Part shown: piece by piece, positions 8,496 to 16,683 of the stretch
Position numbering within the stretch: position 1 is the first letter of the stretch
Layout of the letters: the number at the start of each line of letters is the position of its first letter
From: a virus
Taxonomy: Duplodnaviria > Caudoviricetes
Length of the DNA: 52,856 nt
Virus record (IMG/VR): IMGVR_UViG_3300028399_000002
Location: 1 to 52,856 of that record
Direction: 5' to 3' (one strand)
Program-made: the position numbers and the translations under genes
The notes under the pieces: generated by a model
Database searches by the model: none
The model's input: the letters and a program-made list of their open reading frames with translations, nothing else
What the model was told of the DNA's origin: nothing

Positions 8496-11400
8496 TGATT
8501 ACTTACGAGGAATACATAAAGGCGAATCCACAGCTTGCCAATATTCCGGAGTCACTTCTTGTAAAGCGTATCTATGAAAAGCACTATTCACATGTTCCCT
8601 TTGATGAGTTTGCTAAGGCGATAAAACTTCCTCCAAGAGCTGATCCGAGGTTTGCATATAATATAGCCAGAGATGTTGGTAAGATAAAGGCTGCAAAGGT
8701 TTATGCTGAGACTGGCGATCAGGAGCTTGCATCGAAGTATCTTGTCAGCCCGGAGAAATTTGAGAAACCGCTTGAGGCTCCGTATATTGACCCGGTATCG
8801 GTTTTTACTGCTGCTTTTGGTGGAGTAACAGTTAGTAGTTTGAAACAAGGTTTAAGTGTTGCGCAGTCATTTTTGCGGGGAGTTCTCTCCGGTACTGTAG
8901 GTGCTACCTTTGAATACCCTATCGGCGGTGCTGCTGAAGCAATAGCTGAAAATAATCCAACTGCGGCGTTTCTTTTCTCAGTAGCTGTCGGTGTTCTTTC
9001 CGGTATGACTGTGGAAAATGCTATTGAAAAAATGGCGGAGAGGTCTATACTCCATGCAGTCTCTAAAAAGGGATTGAAGATATCTGATTTTGCTAAGATA
9101 CGTGAGTTAAAAGCGGATGCTCTTCCAGTGGATTTACAGAAGGCTTATAAACTCCTTCAGACAGACCCTCAGGTACAAGACTGGATACGTGGACTGAAAG
9201 AAATGGAGAAGAGGATTAATTACCTCAAGGCTTTACCTGAAGGTAAGCTTGAAGAGATTCTCGGTCCTGAAGGAGCAGCTTCGTTTAAGATACTGAGGAA
9301 ATATGCTAAATCCATAACAAAGAAAAAGACTCCAGTAAAATACTTAAAGAAAGTTGTTTCTAATAAGATGCCTTTAGAAGAGTTGCTTTCTTTTGAAGGA
9401 AATAAGTCTCGTCTTGCTTTCAGAGTAACTAAAGAGGGTAGAAAACTTATAGACTCATTTAAAACTGATGTAAAGGTTACTGGTATAAAGCCTGTGAGAG
9501 TCTTGGTTGAGGACAATAAACCAGTAAACCTTTTGGATGAGCCTCTTAAGTTAATTGCGTATAAAGAATTAGGCATAGAAGATGTACCTGTAAAATATGT
9601 TGATAGAACTGGTAAAGCTGTTGATACTAAGTTTATTAAGGGTACCCGAAAGGAGCTGAATGAATATTTCCCCGTTGACTGGCATGAGATAACTGATACT
9701 CCACCTAAGCATGTTGGTGGAGTAAGGCAAGGAAATCCTTTAGGGAGACTTGTAGTAAATAGAGCTGAAGAAGTAGAAGAGTTGCCACATAGGCTTGCCA
9801 AGGCTGTAGGTAAGCCTGATTCTATTTCTGTGCTTGAGAAAGGTGGTGTAATTAATCCTCTTGAACAAGCGGAAAGTATTGTTCATGATGCTGTAAAGCA
9901 GAAGCTTGATATTGCGGAGCTTTATGCCAAGAAAGGAAAATTAGAAAAGGCTTTTGAAGAAAGAGTCAAAGCTGCTAAAACTATAAATAAAATGAGGGCA
10001 GAGGGCGGCAAAGAATTCGACCGTGTTCTCAAAAAGATTTTGCCTAACTTAGATGAAGAGTCTTTATTAAAGAAATTTTACATGGATGAACGCGGTGCCC
10101 TTCTTCCACCTGAAAAGTTCCCTGAGCCTCCGGAGGGTACAGGAGCTAAGAAGGTAAACGATATGTTCAACCGAGTTCTTGAAGCTAATGCCAAGCACCG
10201 CAGTAAACAGTTGAGACTTCTTTGGGGAAAACTGAAACATGCTGTTGTCGATGTTTCCGGCAATATTCAGAAGGCTTTAGATGATCTCGGCCCTGCCGGA
10301 TGGGCGGCAAAGCGTGACCAAGCACTTATAGCTGGTGCCAGCCCGAGAGCTAATGAGGAGATGGACCGTTTAAGCCATGTGGTTTACGGAGGTCTCCGTG
10401 CTCCAGAGCGTGAGATTCTCGACAGGCTCATATTTACTAAGGGTGCTGTACTTAGTTTGCCGACAGAACGTGTAACTACAAGAAGAATAAAAGTTCCGCG
10501 TACCAGATTAAGCCGTGCTCTCGAACTTCCTGATGTTAAGATAGTAAGTCAGAAGAAAGGTAAATGGGTAGAAGTTCAGTATACTCACAAGACAAAGATT
10601 AAGCATCCTGAGGGCCTTACCAAAGCTGACTTTGAGGAATACGTTAATTGGCTTAAGAGTGATCCAAGGATTGATTTTGAGGACTTGAATAGACGTGCGG
10701 AAGCTTGGTTTGAAATGCCTCGAAAGATGCTTAGGGAGTCTCTTGAAGAGGGCCTTATTACTCCAGAAGATTACGAGAGAATGTCAAGAAGGATAGAGTA
10801 TACTCCTCGCAAACTTCTTGAGCTTATAGACCCAGTAAATCCTACTGTGATTGAGGGTAGAACTATTAGTGTCCGTGAAAGTGGTTTTAAGCCTTTGGAA
10901 GAAGGTACTGAGAAACTCTTGGAGACAAATTCTGAATACCTTATGCGGGAACTTCTCCAGAGGCATTACAGGCGTATTTTCTCCAATAGAGCAAATTACT
11001 CCTTAGGTAAAATTGCGGAAGAAGTACCTTACAACGGTATAGTAAAGCCTGCTAAATTGATCAGATATACATCTACAGGTAAACCAGTATACCAGTCTGC
11101 TCCAAGAGGTTGGGTTAAGGTATCTTATAGAGAAAAAGGTCAGTTGAAAGCTATACTCATGAAGAGTGAGTATGCAAAAGAGTGGGTGAGGCAAGACCCC
11201 ATACTTAAGCAGTCTACGGCTACTATCTTCCAATGGCTTTCTGGTTCCAGAATTTTGAAGGCTATGGCAACTGGTTTGAACGTGGAGTTCCCTTTGACAA
11301 ACATTCCACGAGACATAGCTTTGATTTGGCTTAGTGACCATTATCGGGTGTACTCTAAAAACCCGTTACTGTACGTTGGCCAGATGACAAGAGATATAAT

Positions 11401-12844
11401 GGATGTGATTAGTGACGCTGCACGGCGTAGAGGTTTGTATGACGTATATATTGCTAATGGTGGTGGTACTGAGTTTCTTACTGCTCAGAGTAGGCTGTAT
11501 AAAGGTGGAAATAAGTTTTTCAGAAAGCTTCAAAAGGTTTTTGGCTATGCGCAGGAAACTTCCGAGATTATGACAAGGCTTGCGTATATGAGGCGGGCTA
11601 TGCGTGCCGGTTATAGTGCTCAGGATGCTACGTACATTGCCAGAAGCTATCTTGACTTCTCCAGAGGCGGTAACTACGCGAAAGCTGCGGACAACTTTAT
11701 ACCTTACCTTAATGCAGCTATACAGGCTTCTCGTGGTGCTATTCGTGGAGCTATAAAGGACCCTGCTGGTTTTACATGGAAAGTAAGTAACCTCATGGCA
11801 ATAGGCATGGGTATCTATGCTGCAAACAGATTTCTGTATCCAGAAGCTATAAAACAGATAAGTCCGCGAGACAGAGCAAGTTACTTTATCATCATGACTC
11901 CGTGGACGTATACTGACGCACAGGGAAATAAGAAGTGGATGTATTTCAGGGTAGCTAAGGACCAGACGATGCGGGTATTTACCACACTTGGTGAAATGCT
12001 TATGGCGAAGTTTCTTGGTGATCCTGTCGATCCTCGCCAGCTTACACAGGCTTTGAAAGAAACTCTCCCGTTTCTCCCTATGCAGTCAATGTCCCCGACG
12101 ATGGGTGCACTGATAGGCTATGCTTCAAACCTTGACTTCTGGACCAATCAGAAGATATGGAAGGGTGGTAAGGTAGAGCCACATGAAGAATGGAATAAGT
12201 ACACTCATCCAGCTTTTATACAGCTTGGTAAAGCTACAGGACTTTCTCCGGAGAGAATGAGGTATTTCCTTAGTAGATACTTCACTCGTGGGAACATCTT
12301 TACGTCTATTCTTGGCTATCAGTGGAAATTGTGGCTGGATCAAGTTCCGGAAGCTGAAAAGAGTATGGTGACTGAAGAGTTGATTTTGAAGAAGCCGTTT
12401 ATCAGAAGACTTTTGCGGAACACTGATCCTCGTTATGAATACGAATATGAAATGGAAAATACATACATAGAGGCCAATACAGAACGATTTAAGCGCACAA
12501 GGCGTTTGGATTTCCTTGCGGAAAGCTACTTTAGAGGAGACAGTACGAAAGAGGAAGTCTACAACTTCATACGTTCTGCTCCAGCAGAAGATAGAAAAAG
12601 GCTCATGAACCGATTTAGACGTCTAAAGAAACTTCAGGGTTTACCTAATTTGAATTGGTGGATGAAACTCTCTGCACTTCCACCTGAAACTCGGGCTGAC
12701 TCGTTCTATGCCAGGTACAAGGAGTTACCGGAAGATGAGGCAAAGGAACTTCTCCGCCAGGCAAGACGTGTTCCAGGTTTTTATTCAAAGAGGTTTATTC
12801 GCAGGTTCTATACGATTAAACGTTTGACACAGGAAGAGAAATAG
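8495..12844 (+). CDS. Large internal virion / DNA-ejection polyvalent protein (LPD38-like C-terminal region)
   Basis: About 1450 aa; LDFSRGG...FIPYLNAAIQ and DFWTNQKIW motifs of this protein class. ATG at 8495 overlaps the lysozyme TAA (the track start of 8486 is probably too long). Confidence 0.7.
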   Translation: MITYEEYIKANPQLANIPESLLVKRIYEKHYSHVPFDEFAKAIKLPPRADPRFAYNIARDVGKIKAAKVYAETGDQELASKYLVSPEKFEKPLEAPYIDPVSVFTAAFGGVTVSSLKQGLSVAQSFLRGVLSGTVGATFEYPIGGAAEAIAENNPTAAFLFSVAVGVLSGMTVENAIEKMAERSILHAVSKKGLKISDFAKIRELKADALPVDLQKAYKLLQTDPQVQDWIRGLKEMEKRINYLKALPEGKLEEILGPEGAASFKILRKYAKSITKKKTPVKYLKKVVSNKMPLEELLSFEGNKSRLAFRVTKEGRKLIDSFKTDVKVTGIKPVRVLVEDNKPVNLLDEPLKLIAYKELGIEDVPVKYVDRTGKAVDTKFIKGTRKELNEYFPVDWHEITDTPPKHVGGVRQGNPLGRLVVNRAEEVEELPHRLAKAVGKPDSISVLEKGGVINPLEQAESIVHDAVKQKLDIAELYAKKGKLEKAFEERVKAAKTINKMRAEGGKEFDRVLKKILPNLDEESLLKKFYMDERGALLPPEKFPEPPEGTGAKKVNDMFNRVLEANAKHRSKQLRLLWGKLKHAVVDVSGNIQKALDDLGPAGWAAKRDQALIAGASPRANEEMDRLSHVVYGGLRAPEREILDRLIFTKGAVLSLPTERVTTRRIKVPRTRLSRALELPDVKIVSQKKGKWVEVQYTHKTKIKHPEGLTKADFEEYVNWLKSDPRIDFEDLNRRAEAWFEMPRKMLRESLEEGLITPEDYERMSRRIEYTPRKLLELIDPVNPTVIEGRTISVRESGFKPLEEGTEKLLETNSEYLMRELLQRHYRRIFSNRANYSLGKIAEEVPYNGIVKPAKLIRYTSTGKPVYQSAPRGWVKVSYREKGQLKAILMKSEYAKEWVRQDPILKQSTATIFQWLSGSRILKAMATGLNVEFPLTNIPRDIALIWLSDHYRVYSKNPLLYVGQMTRDIMDVISDAARRRGLYDVYIANGGGTEFLTAQSRLYKGGNKFFRKLQKVFGYAQETSEIMTRLAYMRRAMRAGYSAQDATYIARSYLDFSRGGNYAKAADNFIPYLNAAIQASRGAIRGAIKDPAGFTWKVSNLMAIGMGIYAANRFLYPEAIKQISPRDRASYFIIMTPWTYTDAQGNKKWMYFRVAKDQTMRVFTTLGEMLMAKFLGDPVDPRQLTQALKETLPFLPMQSMSPTMGALIGYASNLDFWTNQKIWKGGKVEPHEEWNKYTHPAFIQLGKATGLSPERMRYFLSRYFTRGNIFTSILGYQWKLWLDQVPEAEKSMVTEELILKKPFIRRLLRNTDPRYEYEYEMENTYIEANTERFKRTRRLDFLAESYFRGDSTKEEVYNFIRSAPAEDRKRLMNRFRRLKKLQGLPNLNWWMKLSALPPETRADSFYARYKELPEDEAKELLRQARRVPGFYSKRFIRRFYTIKRLTQEEK

Positions 12845-12852
12845 TGTATAAT
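12824..12852 (+). promoter_or_regulatory. Sigma70/sigmaA promoter for the holin/phosphoesterase cluster
   Basis: TTGACA-17 bp-TATAAT, perfect consensus. Confidence 0.8.
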
Positions 12853-12868
12853 ATACAAGGAGGTTACT

Positions 12869-13084
12869 GTGGAGATAAGTGAGTATGAAAGAGATACTCG
12901 GGCTATGCTCCAGGATTTCAAAAAAGATGTACAGGGAGCAATCAAGGAGCTTGATGCCGATATCAAGGAGATTCGTAAGCTTGTTACGAATGAGCTTATG
13001 CACCGCTACCCTGCATGGATAACTTTATTTGTCTCACTTATGACAGGAATAATCGGTGCTCTTCTTTCAGCAGTTTTAAGATAG
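12869..13084 (+). CDS. Small membrane protein (coiled coil plus C-terminal TM), holin/XhlA-like
   Basis: RBS AAGGAGG; hydrophobic C-terminus WITLFVSLMTGIIGALLSAVL. Confidence 0.6.
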   Translation: MEISEYERDTRAMLQDFKKDVQGAIKELDADIKEIRKLVTNELMHRYPAWITLFVSLMTGIIGALLSAVLR

Positions 13085-13093
13085 GAGGTTTAA

Positions 13094-14017
13094 ATGACAA
13101 GACGGGAAGAACTTATCCAAGACATTCTCGATATTTATCACGAACTCAAATACATACCATCTTTCAAAGAATACAGGAAATCGGGTGGCCGATTTAGCAG
13201 AAAGCCCTTTAGAACTACATTCGGCAGTTGGGGAGAAGCAATAAACGAAGTGAAAGACATCCTTTCAGGAGAAAGTAAAGAGTTTAAGCTTCCTAAATAT
13301 GATGACAAGATTCGAGTAGACGATTCAATGGTGATAGTGGCGTTTGATGCCCATGTACCATATCATGATAAGAAGGTATGGAAAGAGTGTTTCAGGGTTG
13401 CAAGACTTCTTGGGATAAATTCAATTATCCTCGGCGGTGATACCACGGACTTTAAAGCTTTGTACAGTAAAGAGCCTCAGGATGCAGATATACCATGGGC
13501 CAAGGAGCTTAGAAAAACTAAAGAGTTTATGAATGAGATTTTAGATCACTTTGACAAAATATACTGGTTTAGAGGTAATCACGAGTGGCGTCTATCGAGG
13601 CTGCTTAAAAGTAATGAGGCGGCAAGGGAAGTATTTGAAATGCTTTTTGAGTCACCTCAGGTTATCATCTCTGATAAATTTTACTGTCAAGTGGGCAACT
13701 GGTTGCTTGTAAATCATCCAACCAAGTCCCGTAAAAACAAGGTTTCTCTGGCTGAAGACCTCTGTAAACGTTACCGCATGAGTATTCTTAACGGGCATAC
13801 TCACAGGTTTATGTTTGCGGTAGATGATTCCGGTCAGGATATCATAGGCGAAGGACTACATATGACAATACCTACTGCTCATGAATACAAATATCGTGAT
13901 TTAAATACTCACAGTGAGTGGGTTCAAGGCTTTTGGATAGTAGATAATAAGAATAAAACAGTGTATCCATATGTGATACACCCGAAAGTGTTAAACTTAC
14001 TAAGAGATGAAGGATAA
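13094..14017 (+). CDS. Calcineurin-like metallophosphoesterase with an N-terminal homing-endonuclease-associated-repeat-like helical domain
   Basis: Motifs DAH, GGDTTD, GNHE, GHTH; N-terminus TRREELI...PS..EY......FGSWGEA. Confidence 0.85.
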   Translation: MTRREELIQDILDIYHELKYIPSFKEYRKSGGRFSRKPFRTTFGSWGEAINEVKDILSGESKEFKLPKYDDKIRVDDSMVIVAFDAHVPYHDKKVWKECFRVARLLGINSIILGGDTTDFKALYSKEPQDADIPWAKELRKTKEFMNEILDHFDKIYWFRGNHEWRLSRLLKSNEAAREVFEMLFESPQVIISDKFYCQVGNWLLVNHPTKSRKNKVSLAEDLCKRYRMSILNGHTHRFMFAVDDSGQDIIGEGLHMTIPTAHEYKYRDLNTHSEWVQGFWIVDNKNKTVYPYVIHPKVLNLLRDEG

Positions 14018-14177
14018 GATACTAAATTTTCTTTTAGGGCCTCCATGGCTTAGGGAATACAATAAAGCAAGAATATGGAAAGGAATAAAGACAGGACTAC
14101 TTGATGGAATAATCATAAGCTTGTATATGGTCTTTTTCCTGTTCTTCCTCTATATGTTTATACAGGCTATTATATAA
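14007..14177 (+). CDS. Small membrane protein, 56 aa (not in the ORF track)
   Basis: MKDKILNFLLGPPW...IIISLYMVFFLFFLYMFIQAII; fills the gap and abuts the next ATG. Confidence 0.6.
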   Translation: MKDKILNFLLGPPWLREYNKARIWKGIKTGLLDGIIISLYMVFFLFFLYMFIQAII

Positions 14178-14555
14178 ATGGGGACTATAATGAATTTACC
14201 ACTCATTGATACCATAGGAAAGGCTTTTAACGGAATTATAGGCCTTGCCTCTGAGTACATCGAAGATAAAGATAAGCGCAACGAGTTTATCTTTCAGATG
14301 TACAAGTACAAGAATGAGCTTGACCGCATGATTATAACTCAGAGTACCATACCATGGGTAGATGCCATAGTCAAGGTTCTTTACGCAATGCAGTCTCTAT
14401 GGCGTCCGTTTGTGAGTGCGGGAGCTCTCATTGCGGTACTATACTTCAGAGCCGTGGGCATTGACCTTGATCCAGTTGTGGAAAAAATCCTGGTATCTAT
14501 GTTCCCAGCATGGGGACTCTCCAGGCACATGCTTAAGTCGAGAGGTGGCAATTGA
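14178..14555 (+). CDS. Holin, 3TM/GTA-holin-like
   Basis: IEDKDKR N-terminal motif, WRPF, C-terminal TM helices and GLSRH. Confidence 0.7.
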   Translation: MGTIMNLPLIDTIGKAFNGIIGLASEYIEDKDKRNEFIFQMYKYKNELDRMIITQSTIPWVDAIVKVLYAMQSLWRPFVSAGALIAVLYFRAVGIDLDPVVEKILVSMFPAWGLSRHMLKSRGGN

Positions 14556-14803
14556 AGGTAAAGCATGACTTGGTACTGGTAGAATGGGATGATGCCTGTA
14601 ATGACTCAGCTTGGATGCCTGTAAACTCGGTACTTAAGCCTTTTCCTTGTATTACAGTAGGCTTTCTGATTCATGATGAACCAAGCTTTATCCAGGTAGC
14701 GTCCACCTTAGGTCTCGGAGATACTTCAGAGGTCTCAAGCAGGTTTACGATACCGAGAGGTTGTATCCGGAAAATCAAAGTTTTACGTAAAGGGTATACC
14801 TAA
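14552..14803 (+). CDS. Conserved small phage protein (VEWxDA...CxTVGFL...IPRGCI type)
   Basis: Recognisable recurrent phage motif pattern; function unknown. Confidence 0.7.
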   Translation: MKVKHDLVLVEWDDACNDSAWMPVNSVLKPFPCITVGFLIHDEPSFIQVASTLGLGDTSEVSSRFTIPRGCIRKIKVLRKGYT

Positions 14804-14821
14804 CTACCTGTAAAAGAAAAA

Positions 14822-14887
14822 CGTCGATTTTAGACCGTTTAAACCCGCAAAAAGTACCGTTTTCAAGACCAAATTTTAAGACTTTTT
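14822..14887 (+). repeat. Dispersed ~65-bp motif, copy 1 (others at 25277-25298 partial and 36358-36423 inverted)
   Basis: CGTCGATTTTAGACCGYTTAAAC...AAATTTTAAGACTTTT shared with the reverse complement of 36358-36423. Confidence 0.85.
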
Positions 14888-14901
14888 GCAAGGAGGTAAA
14901 T

Positions 14902-15036
14902 ATGGACAAAATTACAATTAAAGACTGTGGTCAATGTTGTGAGAAGGAGAAAGAAACCTGTGAATGTGAGGATAGACTCTCTAATTGTAGCCTTACAAAT
15001 TTGCATTTCGAATGCAAGGTTCCCACTTCTTCATAA
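14902..15036 (+). CDS. 44-aa Cys-rich peptide with 7 Cys (not in the ORF track)
   Basis: RBS AAGGAGGT; MDKITIKDCGQCCEKEKETCECEDRLSNCSLTNLHFECKVPTSS. Confidence 0.65.
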   Translation: MDKITIKDCGQCCEKEKETCECEDRLSNCSLTNLHFECKVPTSS

Positions 15037-15128
15037 GTGGTAACATTTTGTCTTGCTGTACAGCTTTTTCCTATCTACCAATCGAGGTAGAAAAGGATCG
15101 GGGACCACTCATTGAGTGGCCGCTGCAT

Positions 15129-15190
15129 ACCCGCCAAGCCTCTACCAAACAATGTTTGGTAAGCTCAATCCTGGCGGGTTTTCTTTTCTT
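15129..15190 (+). terminator. Terminator-like stem at the convergence of the two transcription arms
   Basis: ACCCGCCA...TGGCGGGT followed by TTTCTTTTCTT; internal hairpin TACCAAAC/GTTTGGTA. Confidence 0.55.
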
Positions 15191-15500
15191 CAAGTAAAAT
15201 CTCTTTCCACCTTTTTAGTCTCTTTATTCTTTCCCCAAAAGTAGTTTTAGTATACTCATAACCCTTGTCTTCACATGTGCGTTTGTCAAGTCTATACCAT
15301 AAGCAGTCAAGACAAGAGGGGATATCCCCCAAGTATACACGATCAGCTACACTACAAAGCGGAGGATCAGTTACACCCTCAACTTCTTTAACATAAGCAA
15401 CACTGTTTTGCGGATAACGAGAATATATCTCTATCAATTTATTAATAGCTTCTAACCACAAGTCTATCTTTCTCGTAGAAAGATTTTCTAACTTATTCAT
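15165..15500 (-). CDS. Cys-containing hypothetical protein, paralogue of 15493..15831
   Basis: Shares WLEAI, PSCxxCLW and FGERIxRLxRWKEILL with its neighbour. Confidence 0.8.
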   Translation of the reverse strand: MNKLENLSTRKIDLWLEAINKLIEIYSRYPQNSVAYVKEVEGVTDPPLCSVADRVYLGDIPSCLDCLWYRLDKRTCEDKGYEYTKTTFGERIKRLKRWKEILLEEKKTRQD

Positions 15501-15831
15501 TTTGTTTTTCCTTTTCTTTTAATAAAATTTCCTTCCACCTATTCAATCTTTCTATCCTTTCTCCAAAGGAAAACTCGGAGTAACCAAAGTCTCCATCTAC
15601 ACAAGAATGACCTTCAAGTATAACCCACAGACATTTATGACAACTTGGAAGTTTTCTACCATATACACAATAACCAGCTACATTACACAGAGAGCAATAC
15701 TCCATGCCATTGACACCTTCAACAAACCCAATTTCATTCTCAGGCTGTCTGGAGTATGCTTTAATAAGACCATCTATAGCTTCAAGCCACTTATCTATTA
15801 CCCATAAAGATAAAGTTTCTATGGTAGTCAT
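15493..15831 (-). CDS. Cys-containing hypothetical protein, paralogue of 15165..15500
   Basis: Full-length colinear similarity with its neighbour. Confidence 0.8.
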   Translation of the reverse strand: MTTIETLSLWVIDKWLEAIDGLIKAYSRQPENEIGFVEGVNGMEYCSLCNVAGYCVYGRKLPSCHKCLWVILEGHSCVDGDFGYSEFSFGERIERLNRWKEILLKEKEKQNE

Positions 15832-15852
15832 GATTTCTTATCCTGTACTACT

Positions 15853-16218
15853 TTATTTTCTCACTTCTGCCCATTTATGACCTCTATGAGTAAATTCGAG
15901 TGTAAGGTGCTTCATAAACTCTTCCGGTTTGCTTATGAAGAATATGTTCCTGAAGACTGAGAGTAGAGCCCGCTTTAAGGCTATGTCTCTTCCGACCTTC
16001 TTATTGAACATATCTTTCTTACTGCATTCAGCCTTTCCTGTGAAGATACCGTGATTTCGGATATATAGTGAAACTACAGTAGCTCCACCATACTGTTTTA
16101 TATCCTTGTAAGTCTTACCTCGCTCTCTAATGTGTGAAATGGAGATATCCTTTGATTTAAGAAAACCATTATCTGTGAGCCACATCAGAGATGCTTCTAC
16201 TTCAGGCGATACTCTCAT
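15853..16218 (-). CDS. Phage protein with a GxAxCxxxDxFxxxxGxxIAxxRA motif
   Basis: FTGKAECSKKDMFNKKVGRDIALKRAL; RBS GGAGG. Confidence 0.7.
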   Translation of the reverse strand: MRVSPEVEASLMWLTDNGFLKSKDISISHIRERGKTYKDIKQYGGATVVSLYIRNHGIFTGKAECSKKDMFNKKVGRDIALKRALLSVFRNIFFISKPEEFMKHLTLEFTHRGHKWAEVRK

Positions 16219-16220
16219 GA

Positions 16221-16415
16221 TTACCTCCTATTTTCATCTTGTTTTACCTCCTTACTCTTCAAAAGATTGACCAAAGACAAATACTGGTTAGTGAGTGAGG
16301 GATCAAAACCTTGTCTCCGCAAGTCTCTCTTCAATTGCACTCTACTCACTCCGAGAGCTTTCAGTATTTGCGGAATTGATTTCTTCATAAACTTTCTTCT
16401 CTCTTTTCTATTCAT
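16221..16415 (-). CDS. Small basic hypothetical protein (MNRKERR start)
   Basis: 64-aa ORF in operon context. Confidence 0.65.
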   Translation of the reverse strand: MNRKERRKFMKKSIPQILKALGVSRVQLKRDLRRQGFDPSLTNQYLSLVNLLKSKEVKQDENRR

Positions 16416-16495
16416 AGCAAAACCTCATCTCCTCTACACAATATAAAAGTAGAAAACTCCAGTTATTATCGATACTATAGGTACAAGTATCTCCA

Positions 16496-16660
16496 TCACA
16501 CTTTCCCCTTTAAAGCTTTCTGAGCTACAAGGTCATTCGGATGTTCTTCCAGGTGCTTCCTCCTTCTCCTGGCCTTGTTAGCTTCAGTTCTAATCCTCTG
16601 TCTCTTGTACTTTTCTTTCCTGGCTATCGATTTATCGTATTTCCCTTTACCTTTCGCCAT
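16496..16660 (-). CDS. 54-aa very basic protein (not in the ORF track)
   Basis: RBS AAGGAG; MAKGKGKYDK...RRRRKHLEEHPNDLVAQKALKGKV. Confidence 0.65.
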   Translation of the reverse strand: MAKGKGKYDKSIARKEKYKRQRIRTEANKARRRRKHLEEHPNDLVAQKALKGKV

Positions 16661-16683
16661 CTTTCTTTCTCCTTTTTATCCTC

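Noticed and set aside
15012-15197. 61-aa + strand ORF
   Set aside because: No RBS; it overlaps the Cys-rich peptide, the hairpin cluster and a convergent gene.
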